Source: an uncultured Alphaproteobacteria bacterium
GTDB lineage: Bacteria; Pseudomonadota; Alphaproteobacteria; Sphingomonadales; Sphingomonadaceae
Assembly: GCA_963783535.1 (NCBI GenBank)
Contig: CAWANX010000001.1
Coordinates: forward strand, 48,283-112,282
Length of the DNA stretch: 64,000 bases
Direction of reading: 5' to 3'
This document shows positions 44,096-54,696 of this stretch, piece by piece. The notes below the pieces were generated by a model. That model made no database searches, was not told the DNA's origin, and saw only the letters and a program-made list of their open reading frames with translations. Made by a program: the position numbers and the translations under genes. The stretch's first letter is position 1. Each line of letters begins with the position of its first letter.

Positions 44096-44425
44096 GTGAC
44101 CCTGACACTCCCTCAAACCCTCGACCGATATTTCACTGCCCAAAACGCTCATGATGCGGAGGGGATGGTCACTTGTTTCGCGCCCGACGCCGAGGTGCGG
44201 GATGAAGGGCGGTGCTATGCCGGCAGGGACGAGATCAGGCGATGGAAGCAAGAAACCATCGCCAAATATGGGATCAGCATCAAGCCCTTGCGCCAGAACG
44301 AACAGGACGGGACCACAATCGTCGTTGGCAATGTCACCGGCAATTTCCCGGGCAGCCCGGCTGAGCTCACCTACGAATTCACGCTCGCGCCGGACGGGCT
44401 GATCCGAACGCTCGCGATTTATTAG
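44096..44425 (+). CDS. SnoaL/NTF2-like protein
   Basis: YFxAxNxxD, VRDEG, VTGNFPGSP motif; AGGAGG RBS. Confidence 0.85.
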   Translation: MTLTLPQTLDRYFTAQNAHDAEGMVTCFAPDAEVRDEGRCYAGRDEIRRWKQETIAKYGISIKPLRQNEQDGTTIVVGNVTGNFPGSPAELTYEFTLAPDGLIRTLAIY

Positions 44426-44480
44426 CAATCCAGTTGCGCCGTTCGTCGGCTTCGCTACGCTCTCTCCAACGGGGTAGGGC

Positions 44481-45239
44481 GTGGAAGAAGAGCAATTTTT
44501 TCAGACGGCAGTGCGCGACGACGATGCGTTGAATCTCAGCCTTGGCGGCTGGGAGGGACCGCTCGATCTGCTGCTCAACCTCGCCCGCTCGCAAAAGGTC
44601 GACCTCCATCAGATTTCAATTCTGGCGCTGGTCGAGCAATATCTGACCTATCTCGAGCAAGCCAAGGCGCTGCGGCTTGAGATCGCCGCCGATTATCTCG
44701 TGATGGCGGCATGGCTGGCGTATCTCAAAAGCTGTTTGCTGCTGCCCAGGGACCCGACGGTCGATCCATCTCCCGAGGAACTGGCGCTTCGGCTTCAGCT
44801 CCGCCTGCAGCGTCTCGATGCGATGCGCGAGGCCGGCGCTCGGCTGATGGGCCGTGACCGGCTGGGCCGGGACGTCTTTGCGCGCGGCGCTCCGGAAGGG
44901 CTTAAGCTGGTGCGCAAGTCGGACTGGCAGGTCAGCTCCTTCGACCTTTACGCAGCCTATGGCCAGGTCAAGGCACGCACCCAGCCGGCGATGCACGTCG
45001 TCGCCCACCGGTCAGTGATGACGCTGGAGGATGCAATCCAGCGCGTATCGGCGTTGATCGGCAAGGCGCTGGACTGGACCACGCTGGAAGCGTTCCTGCC
45101 GGTTACCGCCGATCCGCAGTATCGCAGATCGGCGCTGGCCAGCAGCTTCGTCGCAGCGCTCGAACTGGCGCGGCAGGGGCGGCTCGAAATCGAGCAGCGC
45201 GAGCCCTTTGCCGAGCTGCTGGTGCGGAACGCGGCCTGA
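44481..45239 (+). CDS. scpA: Segregation and condensation protein A
   Basis: EGPLDLLL, AADYLVMAAWL, FVAALEL. Confidence 0.95.
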   Translation: MEEEQFFQTAVRDDDALNLSLGGWEGPLDLLLNLARSQKVDLHQISILALVEQYLTYLEQAKALRLEIAADYLVMAAWLAYLKSCLLLPRDPTVDPSPEELALRLQLRLQRLDAMREAGARLMGRDRLGRDVFARGAPEGLKLVRKSDWQVSSFDLYAAYGQVKARTQPAMHVVAHRSVMTLEDAIQRVSALIGKALDWTTLEAFLPVTADPQYRRSALASSFVAALELARQGRLEIEQREPFAELLVRNAA

Positions 45240-45805
45240 TGGACGATCTGACCCGCGCCGTCGAAGCGGCATTGTTCGCGTCGGATGCGCCGCTCAGCAT
45301 CGAGGATATTGCCGCCTATGTTGGCGAGGGCGATATAGAAGCGGCGCTCTTGGCGCTTGCCGAGCGCTATGCGGGTCACGGCGTCGAGCTGGCGGAGCGG
45401 GGCGGGCGCTGGCATTTCCAGACCGCACCTGACCTGGCCCACATTCTTCGCCGGACCCGCGAGGATGCGCGCCGCCTGTCGCGCGCGGCGACCGAGACGC
45501 TGGCGATCATCGCCTATCATGAGCCTGTCAGCCGCGCCGAAATCGAGGCCATCCGCGGCGTGCAGATTTCGAAAGGCACGCTCGACGTGCTGATGGAGGC
45601 GGGCTGGGTAAGGACCGCAGGGCGGCGCGAAGCGCCCGGCCGGCCGTTGCTTTACGCGACGACGCCCGATTTCCTAACTCACTTCGGCCTTGGTTCGCGC
45701 CGCGACCTGCCGGGGATCGACGACCTCAAGGCCGCCGGCCTGCTCGATCCGCTCGACGAAGCGGTATTTCAGCTTCAACTGGAAAATGACACGGAGGAGG
45801 ACTAA
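45239..45805 (+). CDS. scpB: Segregation and condensation protein B
   Basis: EAALF, LSRAATETLAIIAYHEPVSRAEIE, PGRP. Confidence 0.95.
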   Translation: MDDLTRAVEAALFASDAPLSIEDIAAYVGEGDIEAALLALAERYAGHGVELAERGGRWHFQTAPDLAHILRRTREDARRLSRAATETLAIIAYHEPVSRAEIEAIRGVQISKGTLDVLMEAGWVRTAGRREAPGRPLLYATTPDFLTHFGLGSRRDLPGIDDLKAAGLLDPLDEAVFQLQLENDTEED

Positions 45806-45838
45806 CTAGTCCTCAAGTCCCTTTATCGGAGTTTCCTC

Positions 45839-46105
45839 ATGGGCGGTTTCAGCCTCTGGCATATCCTGATCCTCGCGGTGCTCGTCCTGCTGCTGTTCGG
45901 CGGCAATCGCTTCTCGGCGATGATGGGCGACGTCGCGAAGGGCCTGAAGAGTTTCAAGCACGGACTTTCGGACGACGACAAGCCGGCCGATCCGCGCCAG
46001 CTGCCGCCCCAGCAGTCGCAGCCCACCCAGACGCCGATCGACATCACCCCGCGTCCCGCCGAGCCGACGGCGCCGCCGTCGGCTGACGATCAAACGCGCA
46101 GCTAA
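45839..46105 (+). CDS. tatA: Tat translocase TatA
   Basis: [23 protein letters not shown]. Confidence 0.95.
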   Translation: MGGFSLWHILILAVLVLLLFGGNRFSAMMGDVAKGLKSFKHGLSDDDKPADPRQLPPQQSQPTQTPIDITPRPAEPTAPPSADDQTRS

Positions 46106-46123
46106 GCGCCGTCCGGCCCGCCG

Positions 46124-46496
46124 ATGTTCGGCGTCGACACTTCGGAACTGCTGGTCGTGGCAGTGGTGGCCTTGCTGTTCATCGGGCCCAAGGAACTGCC
46201 GCGCGTGATGATGACGATCGGCCGCTGGATAGGTCAGTTGCGGGGCTATGCACGTCATTTCACCTCAGGCATCGAAAATGTCATCCGCGAGGCCGAGCTT
46301 GAGGAAATGGAGAAGCAGTGGAGTGAGGAGAACCAGCGTATCCTCGCCCAATTTCCGTCCGACGGCGATTATCCCGATCCTCTGCCGGTGATGACCTCGC
46401 TGCCTCCCGTCGACGAGCAGCCGAACCTACCGCTTGAAGCGCCCGCCGCGCCCGACGATGACTCCGACGCCGGCTGCCGAGCGGCCACTGCCATGA
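46124..46496 (+). CDS. tatB: Tat translocase TatB (frameshift near 46455)
   Basis: MFGVDTSELLVVAVVALLFIGPKELP; alternative frame ends ERPLP-TGA overlapping the tatC ATG. Confidence 0.9.
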
Positions 46497-47333
46497 TCAG
46501 CGACATCGACGAGACCAAAGCGCCCCTGCTTGATCATTTGATCGAGCTTCGGCGGCGGCTGCTGTGGTGCGTAGTGACGTTGTTCGCTGGCTTTTTCGTT
46601 TGCCTCTATTTCGCCAAGCCGATCTTCGCGGTGCTGGTCCAGCCCCTGCTTGCCGCCGGCCAGGGAAAGCTGATCTACACCGATATTTTCGAGGCCTTCT
46701 TCGTTGAGGTGAAGGTCGCCTTCTTTGCCGCGTTGATGATCAGCTTCCCGGTGCTTGCAACCCAGATTTGGCGGTTCGTTGCGCCGGGCCTCTATGCGAA
46801 GGAGAAGAAAGCGTTCCTGCCGTTCCTGCTGATGACGCCCTTCTTCTTCGCGGCGGGTGCAAGCTTTGCCTATTTCGTCGCCATGCCCTGGGCGCTCAAA
46901 TTCCTGCTCGGCTTCGAGGGGGATGTCGGCGGGGTCACCCAGGAAGCGCTTCCGGCGATCGGCAATTATCTGAACTTCGTCACCCGTTTTCTGTTCGGCT
47001 TCGGTGTCGCCTTCCTGACGCCAGTGTTGCTGATGGTGCTCGAGCGGGCGGGGATCGTCACACGAGAACAGCTGGCCAGGTCGCGACGCTATGCGGTCGT
47101 CATCGCCGCTGCGGTGTCAGCAGTGCTGACGCCGCCGGACGTCGTGTCGATGCTGTTGCTGCTCGTGCCCCTCTACGCCTTGTACGAGTTCGCGATCCTG
47201 ATGATCCGCCTGACCCACTGGCGCGCGGCTCGCCGGGCGACGGCCGAAGACAAGGCTGCAGACAAAAATGTGGGCCCGAAAACGCCACCGGGGGGGGGAG
47301 GGTTGGCGAATCCGGGCCCATTTCGTCGGATAG
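46493..47333 (+). CDS. tatC: Tat translocase TatC (stop uncertain because of G-runs)
   Basis: LDHLIELRRR, FVAPGLY, LTPPD, LYE. Confidence 0.93.
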
Positions 47334-47368
47334 CGAGAGCGGGGGGGCAAAAGGTCACTATCCGACCT
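47264..47368 (-). ncRNA. Predicted EcfG-dependent sRNA with two C-rich-loop hairpins (GsrN-like)
   Basis: Hairpin GTCGGATAG..CCCCCCC..CTATCCGAC, then TGGGCCC..CCCTCCCCCCCCC..GGGCCCA followed by a T-tract; begins just after GGAAC-N17-CGTT. Confidence 0.65.
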
Positions 47369-47372
47369 CTTA

Positions 47373-47445
47373 AACGCCCTCTTTTCCGACTCGGTTCCCG
47401 GCCTTGGAAAAATTATTCAACGATTCGTCGCATTTTTTGCGTTCC
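47373..47445 (-). promoter_or_regulatory. Tandem EcfG promoters
   Basis: GGAAC-N17-CGTT (47373-47398) and GGAAC-N18-CGTT (47419-47445). Confidence 0.7.
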
Positions 47446-47452
47446 GTGCCGA

Positions 47453-48994
47453 TCAGTCTTTAGGGAAGACCGGCAGGGTAACCGCGTAACGGCCCAATTT
47501 GCGGTCGAGCGGCGAGCGAAGTTGCCGGGCCAGCCCTTCTGCGATCCGTTCGAACTGCTGCTTGGCAACGTCGTCGGGGTCTCCTTCGGGGACCAGCACC
47601 GAGGACGAAATGGCCAGCGTCGCAGTAAGCTCGTCCTCGCGCCGAAGCGAGATTTCGATCGTATCGTTCGGATGCCGAAGCATGGCGAACTCGACGATCT
47701 CGGTGACGAGGAAGGCGGACGCGACCGCGACATCCTGCGTCGTCGAGGGCGCGTCCAGGTCAAGCTCGATCCGCATGCCGCGCGCCTCGCTCGGGGCGCT
47801 CGATCGAAGGTCGGCAGCCAGCTCGGTCAACAGCGGCCTCAGCGCGAGGCCGCGGTTTTCCTCCATCTCCGCATAATGATGGCGATGGACCACCGACAGC
47901 GCGTCGACCCGCCGTCCGATCGCCGAATAAGCGGCCTTGGCCTCGATCTTGTTGGCGCTGCGGCCATGAATGCTCAGCAGCGAGGCCACGACCTGGAGGT
48001 TGTTCTTGACCCGATGATGGACTTCGCGGACCAGCCGCCGCTGCCCGTCGAGAGCATCGAGCGCCTCCCGCTCGGCTCCTTCGATCCGATCGACCGCGCG
48101 TTCAAATGCTTCGCATAATTCACGGATCTCGGATGCAACACCGAGCTTGGCCGGCAGATTCAGCCCTTCACCGTCGGGTTGATATTCGCTGACCGCGCGC
48201 TGGAGGCCGGCCAGCGGCACGAGGAAAAGCCGGCGAACCAGGAGCCAGCTGAGCAAAGTGGCGGCAACCCACATCAGTACCGGCAGAAGCATGACGATCT
48301 GGTCCAGCAAGCTGGTACGTTCGATCGTGGCCACCGTCTTGATGCGCAGATCTCCGCCATGGATTGCATAACTCCGTTCGCGTGCTTGCTGTCTCAAACC
48401 GGCCGTCGGCTGTCCATCAATGACCCTGAGCTCCCTCATGCCATCACTGATCGTCAGTCGTCTGAGTCCGTTAGTTGCGTCGAGCGCCGACCGCCGCAAT
48501 TCTTCAACAGTGAGAACGCCGGTCGCCATGCCGCCGGCCAGTCCAACCCGGTAAAGAACGGACTTTTGCGCTGACACCCACATTCGAATGTCGCCCGGCG
48601 CGACCAGCAATTCGCCGCGCTCCAGGGCGAATTGGCCTACGGTGCAGATCACCTGGCCGTCGGTATCACGGATGCGAAATTGCCGGGCGACAGCCGGCGC
48701 CACGGCGAGCGCTCGGGCGGCGGGAACGCAAGGATTCGATCGATCGTAGGTAAGCGATCCATTGGCGGCAATTCGCAACGCCAGGGCATTGCGGGCGATC
48801 AGACCTTCAATTGCCTGGAACGCGACCAGACCCTGCTGGTCTGCGCGCTCAATGAGTGCCCGGTCGGTCTCTCGGACGTTCTGCTGCGCGATCCAGGCTA
48901 GAACCAGGCCGAGCGGGAGCAATGCCGCGGTCAGCAGCAGCAACAGCACGGCTCCGGTTGGCCAGCGTTCCAGAACGGAATGCCGGCGTTCCAT
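47453..48994 (-). CDS. phyP: HisKA_2 membrane sensor with degenerate ATPase domain (PhyP-like phosphatase)
   Basis: REVHHRVKNNLQ H-box, two TM segments, no N/G boxes; downstream of nepR as in Sphingomonas. Confidence 0.75.
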   Translation of the reverse strand: MERRHSVLERWPTGAVLLLLLTAALLPLGLVLAWIAQQNVRETDRALIERADQQGLVAFQAIEGLIARNALALRIAANGSLTYDRSNPCVPAARALAVAPAVARQFRIRDTDGQVICTVGQFALERGELLVAPGDIRMWVSAQKSVLYRVGLAGGMATGVLTVEELRRSALDATNGLRRLTISDGMRELRVIDGQPTAGLRQQARERSYAIHGGDLRIKTVATIERTSLLDQIVMLLPVLMWVAATLLSWLLVRRLFLVPLAGLQRAVSEYQPDGEGLNLPAKLGVASEIRELCEAFERAVDRIEGAEREALDALDGQRRLVREVHHRVKNNLQVVASLLSIHGRSANKIEAKAAYSAIGRRVDALSVVHRHHYAEMEENRGLALRPLLTELAADLRSSAPSEARGMRIELDLDAPSTTQDVAVASAFLVTEIVEFAMLRHPNDTIEISLRREDELTATLAISSSVLVPEGDPDDVAKQQFERIAEGLARQLRSPLDRKLGRYAVTLPVFPKD

Positions 48995-49024
48995 CAGGCG
49001 AACTGGATCCGGGCGATGACGGGG

Positions 49025-49225
49025 TCAGTCCAGCTTGCGCAGCAGGTCCAGAAAATCCCTCGGCACTTCCTCGCGGAGCATGTCGTCATAGACTGTGCGG
49101 AGCGCGCGCCCGACGGTTCCTGAGCGGTCCTTGCGTGTTTTTTTGTCACGGGCGCCCGATGGCCCGCGGCTGCCATTGGCTTTGCTCGTCCCACTCAACC
49201 TCTCGTCCCCCTCGAGCGCAAGCAT
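49025..49225 (-). CDS. nepR: Anti-sigma factor NepR
   Basis: VGRALRTVYDDMLREEVPRDFLDLLRKLD; divergent from phyR. Confidence 0.92.
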   Translation of the reverse strand: MLALEGDERLSGTSKANGSRGPSGARDKKTRKDRSGTVGRALRTVYDDMLREEVPRDFLDLLRKLD

Positions 49226-49365
49226 ATGCGCCTAATCCTTTTTCAACGTATAACACGGCGCATAGCCAACGAGGGCTTGGGAAAGCCACCCGAGGAGCGA
49301 AAGGCACTACCGCCCGCCCGCTCGAGCCGTCAATCCACCCACAAGCGATGCAAGTTGGGAGAGGA

Positions 49366-49390
49366 AACCAAATCGCCTATCCTTTGTTCC
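49366..49390 (-). promoter_or_regulatory. EcfG-type promoter for nepR-phyP
   Basis: GGAAC-N16-GGTT on the minus strand. Confidence 0.55.
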
Positions 49391-49527
49391 ACTCTGGCAA
49401 ACTTGGGGCGAAGGGTGTTGCGTCGCTGTGACGGCGCATTCCAACGGTCGACAGGGTTGCACCATAACAACGCCCCGGCCAAAACGGGCGCGCAACGATT
49501 TTTGGATTTCAAGGGGAGCTACCATTT

Positions 49528-50328
49528 ATGTCGCTGGGCCAGGAACTTGCACCACATCTTCCCTTTCTTCGCCGTTATGCGCGCGCGCTGACCGGCAGTC
49601 AGATGCATGGCGACGCATTCGTCCGTGCCACGCTTGAGACGATTGTCGCTTCTCCCGACGATTTTCCGCGCGATGTCGATCCCAGACTGGGACTTTACCG
49701 GACATTCCACGCCATCTGGTCCAGCGCCAACGTCGAAGAGGGCGAGGAGCCGTCGATGGAGATTGGTGGTCCCGAGGGGATCGCCCAGGCCCGGCTGTCG
49801 CGCATCACGCCATTGTCGCGCCAGGCCCTGCTTCTCACCAGCCTGGAAGGTTTTTCCAGCGAGGATACTGGCTACTTGATCGATGCCTCGGCGGAGGATG
49901 TCGACAGCCTGGTCGCCGAAGCGATGGGAGAAATCGAGCGGCAGACCCATGCCGACGTGCTGATCATCGAGGATGAGCCGATCATTGCGATGGATATCGA
50001 ATCCATCGTCCGCGATCTCGGCCATAATGTCACCGGTGTCGCAGTGACCCGCGACGAGGCGGTCGCGCAGGCCCGCAAGTCGCCGCCGGGGCTGGTCCTT
50101 GCCGATATCCAGCTGGCAGACGACAGCAGCGGCATCGACGCGGTCAAGGACATCCTCGCCGAATTCTCGGTCCCGGTGATTTTCATCACCGCCTTCCCGG
50201 AGCGGCTGCTGACGGGAACCCGGCCCGAGCCAACCTTCCTCATTACCAAGCCATTTCAGCGCTCGACGGTGAAAGCGGCCATCAGCCAGGCGCTGTTCTT
50301 CGACGCGGCGACCGTCCCTGCGGCCTGA
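49528..50328 (+). CDS. phyR: Anti-anti-sigma response regulator PhyR
   Basis: Sigma-like LPFLRRYARALTG plus receiver (IEDE, LADIQLAD, FITAFPE, TKPF). Confidence 0.96.
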   Translation: MSLGQELAPHLPFLRRYARALTGSQMHGDAFVRATLETIVASPDDFPRDVDPRLGLYRTFHAIWSSANVEEGEEPSMEIGGPEGIAQARLSRITPLSRQALLLTSLEGFSSEDTGYLIDASAEDVDSLVAEAMGEIERQTHADVLIIEDEPIIAMDIESIVRDLGHNVTGVAVTRDEAVAQARKSPPGLVLADIQLADDSSGIDAVKDILAEFSVPVIFITAFPERLLTGTRPEPTFLITKPFQRSTVKAAISQALFFDAATVPAA

Positions 50329-50365
50329 TCTTCAGGCAAGCTTGCGTTCATTCTGTTGCGGTCAT

Positions 50366-50391
50366 GGAACAGCGGGAACCCCTACATCGTT
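50366..50391 (+). promoter_or_regulatory. EcfG promoter
   Basis: GGAAC-N17-CGTT. Confidence 0.7.
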
Positions 50392-50425
50392 AGGGGTCAA
50401 ACTGAATTTCCTTACAGGGGTACAC

Positions 50426-50566
50426 ATGACCAACGGCACGCCCGAACATTTGACGACCACTGAAGCCCGGGCCGGAACGACGCCGCACGTCACGCGGGTC
50501 GTGCTTGGCGTCGGCCTGCTGCTGGTGATCGGCATATTCGCGCTGATATTGTTCATCGCCCGCTAA
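50426..50566 (+). CDS. Small membrane protein (46 aa)
   Basis: AGGGG RBS; TTEARAGTTPHVTRVVL plus C-terminal TM segment. Confidence 0.75.
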   Translation: MTNGTPEHLTTTEARAGTTPHVTRVVLGVGLLLVIGIFALILFIAR

Positions 50567-50649
50567 GCCCTACATCAATGTGTAGCAACGAAGCGTATCA
50601 TGAACGTGCCGCGGACGAGTTTGCCGCAGGCGAAACGGGGCGGGATCCA

Positions 50650-51285
50650 TTGAAGCAGCAACCGGACCGCGAAGAAGATATGGAGCGCCCTGACCCGGTG
50701 CCGCTGCCGGATGACGAGTTCAAGGATCAGTTGGCGCAGGTGATTCCGCATCTGCGCGCCTTTGGCCGCTCCTTGTCCGGAAGCCGCGACCTTGCCGACG
50801 ACCTGGTCCAGGAGACGCTGCTCAAGGCCTGGGCGGCGCGCAAGCGGTTCCAGGCGGGCACCAACATGCGCGCCTGGACCTTCATCATCCTGCGCAACCT
50901 GTTCCTAAGCCAGATGCGGCGGGCGCGGTTCAAGGGCGAATGGGACGACGTCACCGCGGCCAAGATTCTCGCCGCGCCGGCGAGCCAGGACCGGCATGTC
51001 GAGCTGGGCGACATGCAGCGCGCATTGCTGCACCTGCCGCAGCCGCAGCGCGAGGCGCTGATCCTGGTCGGGGCCGGCGGCTTTGCCTATGAGGAAGCGG
51101 CCGAAATATGCGGCTGTGCGGTCGGCACGATCAAAAGCCGCGTGGCGCGCGGGCGCGTGGCGCTCGAGGCATTGCTGACCGGCGGCAAGCTTCCGTCGCG
51201 GCGGCAGCACAAGACCGATCCGGACAAGTCGGCGTTGCAGGAAATCATGAGCGAAGTGGACGACCTCAGCCGCGACCGCGGCTGA
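50650..51285 (+). CDS. ecfG: ECF sigma factor EcfG (start uncertain: 50578, 50650 or 50680)
   Basis: IPHLRAFGRSL, ADDLVQETLLKAW, GTNMRAW, YEEAAEICGCAVGTIKSRV; adjacent to phyR. Confidence 0.92.
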   Translation: MKQQPDREEDMERPDPVPLPDDEFKDQLAQVIPHLRAFGRSLSGSRDLADDLVQETLLKAWAARKRFQAGTNMRAWTFIILRNLFLSQMRRARFKGEWDDVTAAKILAAPASQDRHVELGDMQRALLHLPQPQREALILVGAGGFAYEEAAEICGCAVGTIKSRVARGRVALEALLTGGKLPSRRQHKTDPDKSALQEIMSEVDDLSRDRG

Positions 51286-51291
51286 CATTGC

Positions 51292-51507
51292 CTAGTTGAG
51301 CCGGCCAAGCAGTTCTTCGAACTTTTGCGAAGTTTCGTCTGCCGGCAACACGAAGGCACGCCGAAGCGCTGCTGCCAGGCCGGCCTGACAGGGCGGAAGG
51401 TCGGTCCAGCTTGCTACGCCAGTCATCGAACCATTCGTCCTCGGCAGAGGGGGACGTTCAATTTTCATCAGAGTGTCAAATGCTTGAACGGCCAAGCGGT
51501 TTCCCAT
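51292..51507 (-). CDS. Second NepR-like small protein (start uncertain)
   Basis: C-terminal GLAAALRRAF....ETSQKFEELLGRLN resembles the NepR core. Confidence 0.55.
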   Translation of the reverse strand: MGNRLAVQAFDTLMKIERPPLPRTNGSMTGVASWTDLPPCQAGLAAALRRAFVLPADETSQKFEELLGRLN

Positions 51508-51535
51508 CTCATGAAAATCGGCCAGAACTCGTCAC

Positions 51536-54225
51536 ATGACGGCAACAGTCATTTCGGCCGATAGGGTCGCCGCGCTGGCCCGCGCGCAGGCCCATGCGCC
51601 ATTCCTTCGCGGTGCCGCGGCCGCCTTTCCCCATGTTGTCGAGGAATTCGTAAAAATGGGCAGCGAGGCGGCCGCCGCAAGCGCGCTGGCGCTTGATGGC
51701 GGGTCGGTCGGCGAACAGTTGCGCCGTCGCCGCCACGCCCTGGCGCTGGCCGTCGCCCTTGCGGACTTGAGCGGCGAACAGCCCCTCGAATGGGTCACTG
51801 CGACTTTGTCCGATTTTGCCGATGCGGCGATGGACCAGGCAATCAGGGCAGCGATCCTCGAGCGAGTGCCCGACGAGGAGCCACGGGGCCTCGCGATCCT
51901 GGCGCTCGGCAAGCTAGGCAGTCGTGAGCTCAACTATTCTTCGGACGTCGACCTCGTTCTGCTGTTCGATCCAGAGACGTTGCCGCGGCGCCCGCGCGAC
52001 GAGCCCGGTGAGGCGGCGGTGCGCTATGGCCGCCGGTTCATCGAGTTGATGCAGCAACGGACCCATGACGGCTATGTCGCCCGCGTCGACATGCGCTTGC
52101 GGCCTTCACCCGAAGTGACCCCGATCGTCCTGCCGGCGGGTGCCGCGATCAGCTATTACGAAAGCTCGGCTTTGCCGTGGGAGCGGGCGGCATTCATCCG
52201 CGCCCGCGCGGCGGCGGGCGACATCGCTCTCGGCCAATCCTTCCTCGATGAAATCCGGCCGTTCATCTGGCGGCGCGCGCTCGATTTCGGCGCGATCCAG
52301 GAAATCCGCGACATCTCGCTGCGGATCCGCGACCATTATGCCCAGGGCCAGGCGTTCGCACCCGGCTTTGATCTAAAGCGCGGCCGCGGCGGAATCCGCG
52401 AGGCAGAATTCTTCACCCAGGTGCAGCAACTGGTCCATGGCGGCCGGGAGCCGGAGTTGCGTGCTCCCGCAACACTTGACGCGCTTGATGCCCTGGCCGG
52501 TGCGGGGCGCCTTGAGCGCGAGGTCGCCCTCGCCATCGGCAATGCCTATCGGGCGCTCAGGACGGTGGAGCATCGCATCCAGATGATCGACGACCGGCAG
52601 GAGCATCGGCTGCCATCCGATCCGGCGGCGCTGGAAGCGGTGGCGCAACTGGGTGGCTATGGAGACGGTGCCGGTCTTCTGAATGCCCTGGCGCCTCATG
52701 TCGAAGCCGTCGGTCAGCAGTTCGACGGACTTGTCTCGGAGCGCGACGAGCGGCTTTCGAACGATCCCGACATCCTTCGGACCGAACTGGCGCAATGGGG
52801 TTCACCGAGATCGAGGAGGCGTTCCGCCGCGTTGGCGACTGGCGATCAGGCCGCGCCCGTTCGCTTCGTTCTCCAGCCGCGCGGGCCGCGTTCGAGGAAA
52901 TGCTGCCAACGCTGATGCGCGCGGTGGCGGCGGGGCCGGACCCCATCCGCGCGCTCAACCGCTTCAGCGATATCGTCGACAAATTGTCGAGCGGCGTAAA
53001 TCTCTATCGGTTGCTCGCCGCCCGGCCGAGACTGGCCGACCTGCTCGCGCTGATCCTCGCCCATGCTCCGCCGCTGGCCGAGCAGTTGGGCCGAAGGCCG
53101 ACGCTGCTCGACGGGCTGATCGACGAATCCAGCTTCGCGCTACCGCCCAACGCCGTAGTGCTGGCCGAACGGTTCCTGGAAGTGGTGCGCGACGAGCCGT
53201 TCGACTTGGCTTTGGACCGTATCAGGCGAATGGTCGGCGAGAGGCGCTTCGCTTTGGGCGTGCAATTGCTGGCGGCCCACCGCGATCCGATCATCATCGC
53301 CGAGGGTTATAGTGACCTAGCCGAGGCCGCGATTGTCGCCTTTGCCGAACGTGTCCGGCGCGAATTCGAGCGGACCCATGGCAAGGTGGCAGGCGGCGAG
53401 ATGGTCGTGCTGGGGCTCGGCCGGCTGGGAGGACGGGCCCTGACCCATGCCAGCGACCTCGACCTCATTTATTTGTTCGACGCGCCGCCCGGGGCACAGT
53501 CGGACGGGGCCAGGCCGCTGCCCGCGACCGACTATTATAATCGCCTTGCCAGCCGAATCGGCGCCGCGCTCGCCACGCCGACGGCCGCCGGTCCGCTCTA
53601 CGAAGTCGACACCCGCCTGAGGCCGCAAGGGGCGCAGGGCATGTTGGCGGTGAGCATGGAGGCGTTCGAAACCTATCAGCGAAGCGAGGCCTGGACATGG
53701 GAGCATATGGCGCTGTGCCGGGCCCGGCCGTTGAGCGGTTCCAAGGAGGCCCGCGCCAAGGCGCGCGATCTTATCTGCGCGATTCTCCAAACCGATACCG
53801 ACCCGGCAAAGGTCAGTGCCGACGCCGCGGCGATGCGCGAGGAGATCGCCCGTCACAAGCCGCCCGCCGGGCCGCTCGACATCAAACTGGGGCCGGGCGG
53901 GCTCGTCGACCTGGAATTCGCTGTCCACACGCTCCAGCTGACCCACCGCATCGGCCTCGACCCGCGGCTCGAGGTGGCGCTGGCCGCGCTGGCCGAGGAA
54001 GGATTGATCGACGACGACGCGGACCCGGATCTGCGGTTGCTGAGCAGGATGCTGGTCGTGCTCCGCCTGGTCGGGACGCAGGGCATGGAGCCGGCCGAAC
54101 AGTCCCAGTCGCTGGTTGCCTCGCTGTGCGGGCACGAAGATTGGCCCTCGCTGCTTGCCGCGGCCGGCGCCGCGCGGCAGAGGATTTCGGCCCGCTGGGC
54201 AAGATTTAAAGGGAGCGATGCATGA
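51536..54225 (+). CDS. glnE: Glutamine synthetase adenylyltransferase (frameshift near 52797)
   Basis: Two nucleotidyltransferase domains (GKLGSRELNYSSDVD; GRLGGRALTHASDLD), DxRLRP twice. Confidence 0.94.
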
Positions 54226-54683
54226 TCGGTGAAGGCGACAGGGTTCCGGCGCTCGTTGCGCAACTGAGCGATGGAATGACCGTGAATTTGACCGCTCCCG
54301 GTCATCCACTGGTGCTCTATTTCTATCCCAAGGACGACACCTCGGGCTGCACCAGGGAAGCGCAGGATTTCACGGAGTTGGCCGATGACTTCGCCAAGGC
54401 GGGCGTAAAGGTGGTCGGCCTGTCGCGCGATCCGATGAAAAAGCATGACAAGTTCATCGCCAAATATGATCTCAAGATCCCGCTCGCCTCGGATGAGGAC
54501 GGCGTGATCAGCGACGCCTTCGGCACCTGGATCGAAAAGTCGATGTACGGCCGCAAATATATGGGGATGGAGCGCGCGACCTACCTCATCGGTAAGGATG
54601 GCCGGGTGCTGAAGGCTTGGCGCAAGGTCAAGGTGCCGGGTCACGCCGCGGAAGTGCTGAAAGCGGCGACGGCCGCCCGCTAA
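54222..54683 (+). CDS. bcp: BCP/PrxQ peroxiredoxin
   Basis: LYFYPKDDTSGCTREA. Confidence 0.93.
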   Translation: MIGEGDRVPALVAQLSDGMTVNLTAPGHPLVLYFYPKDDTSGCTREAQDFTELADDFAKAGVKVVGLSRDPMKKHDKFIAKYDLKIPLASDEDGVISDAFGTWIEKSMYGRKYMGMERATYLIGKDGRVLKAWRKVKVPGHAAEVLKAATAAR

Positions 54684-54696
54684 CGTCTGTCAGTTC

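Noticed and set aside
44096-44425. SnoaL gene between nagZ and scpA as part of a novel system
   Set aside because: Single common accessory gene with no flanking repeats or partners visible.
46124-48118. 664-aa TatB-TatC fusion with long extension
   Set aside because: An alternative frame gives a normal ATGA overlap at 46493, and read-through past the G-runs runs antisense into phyP; likely indels.
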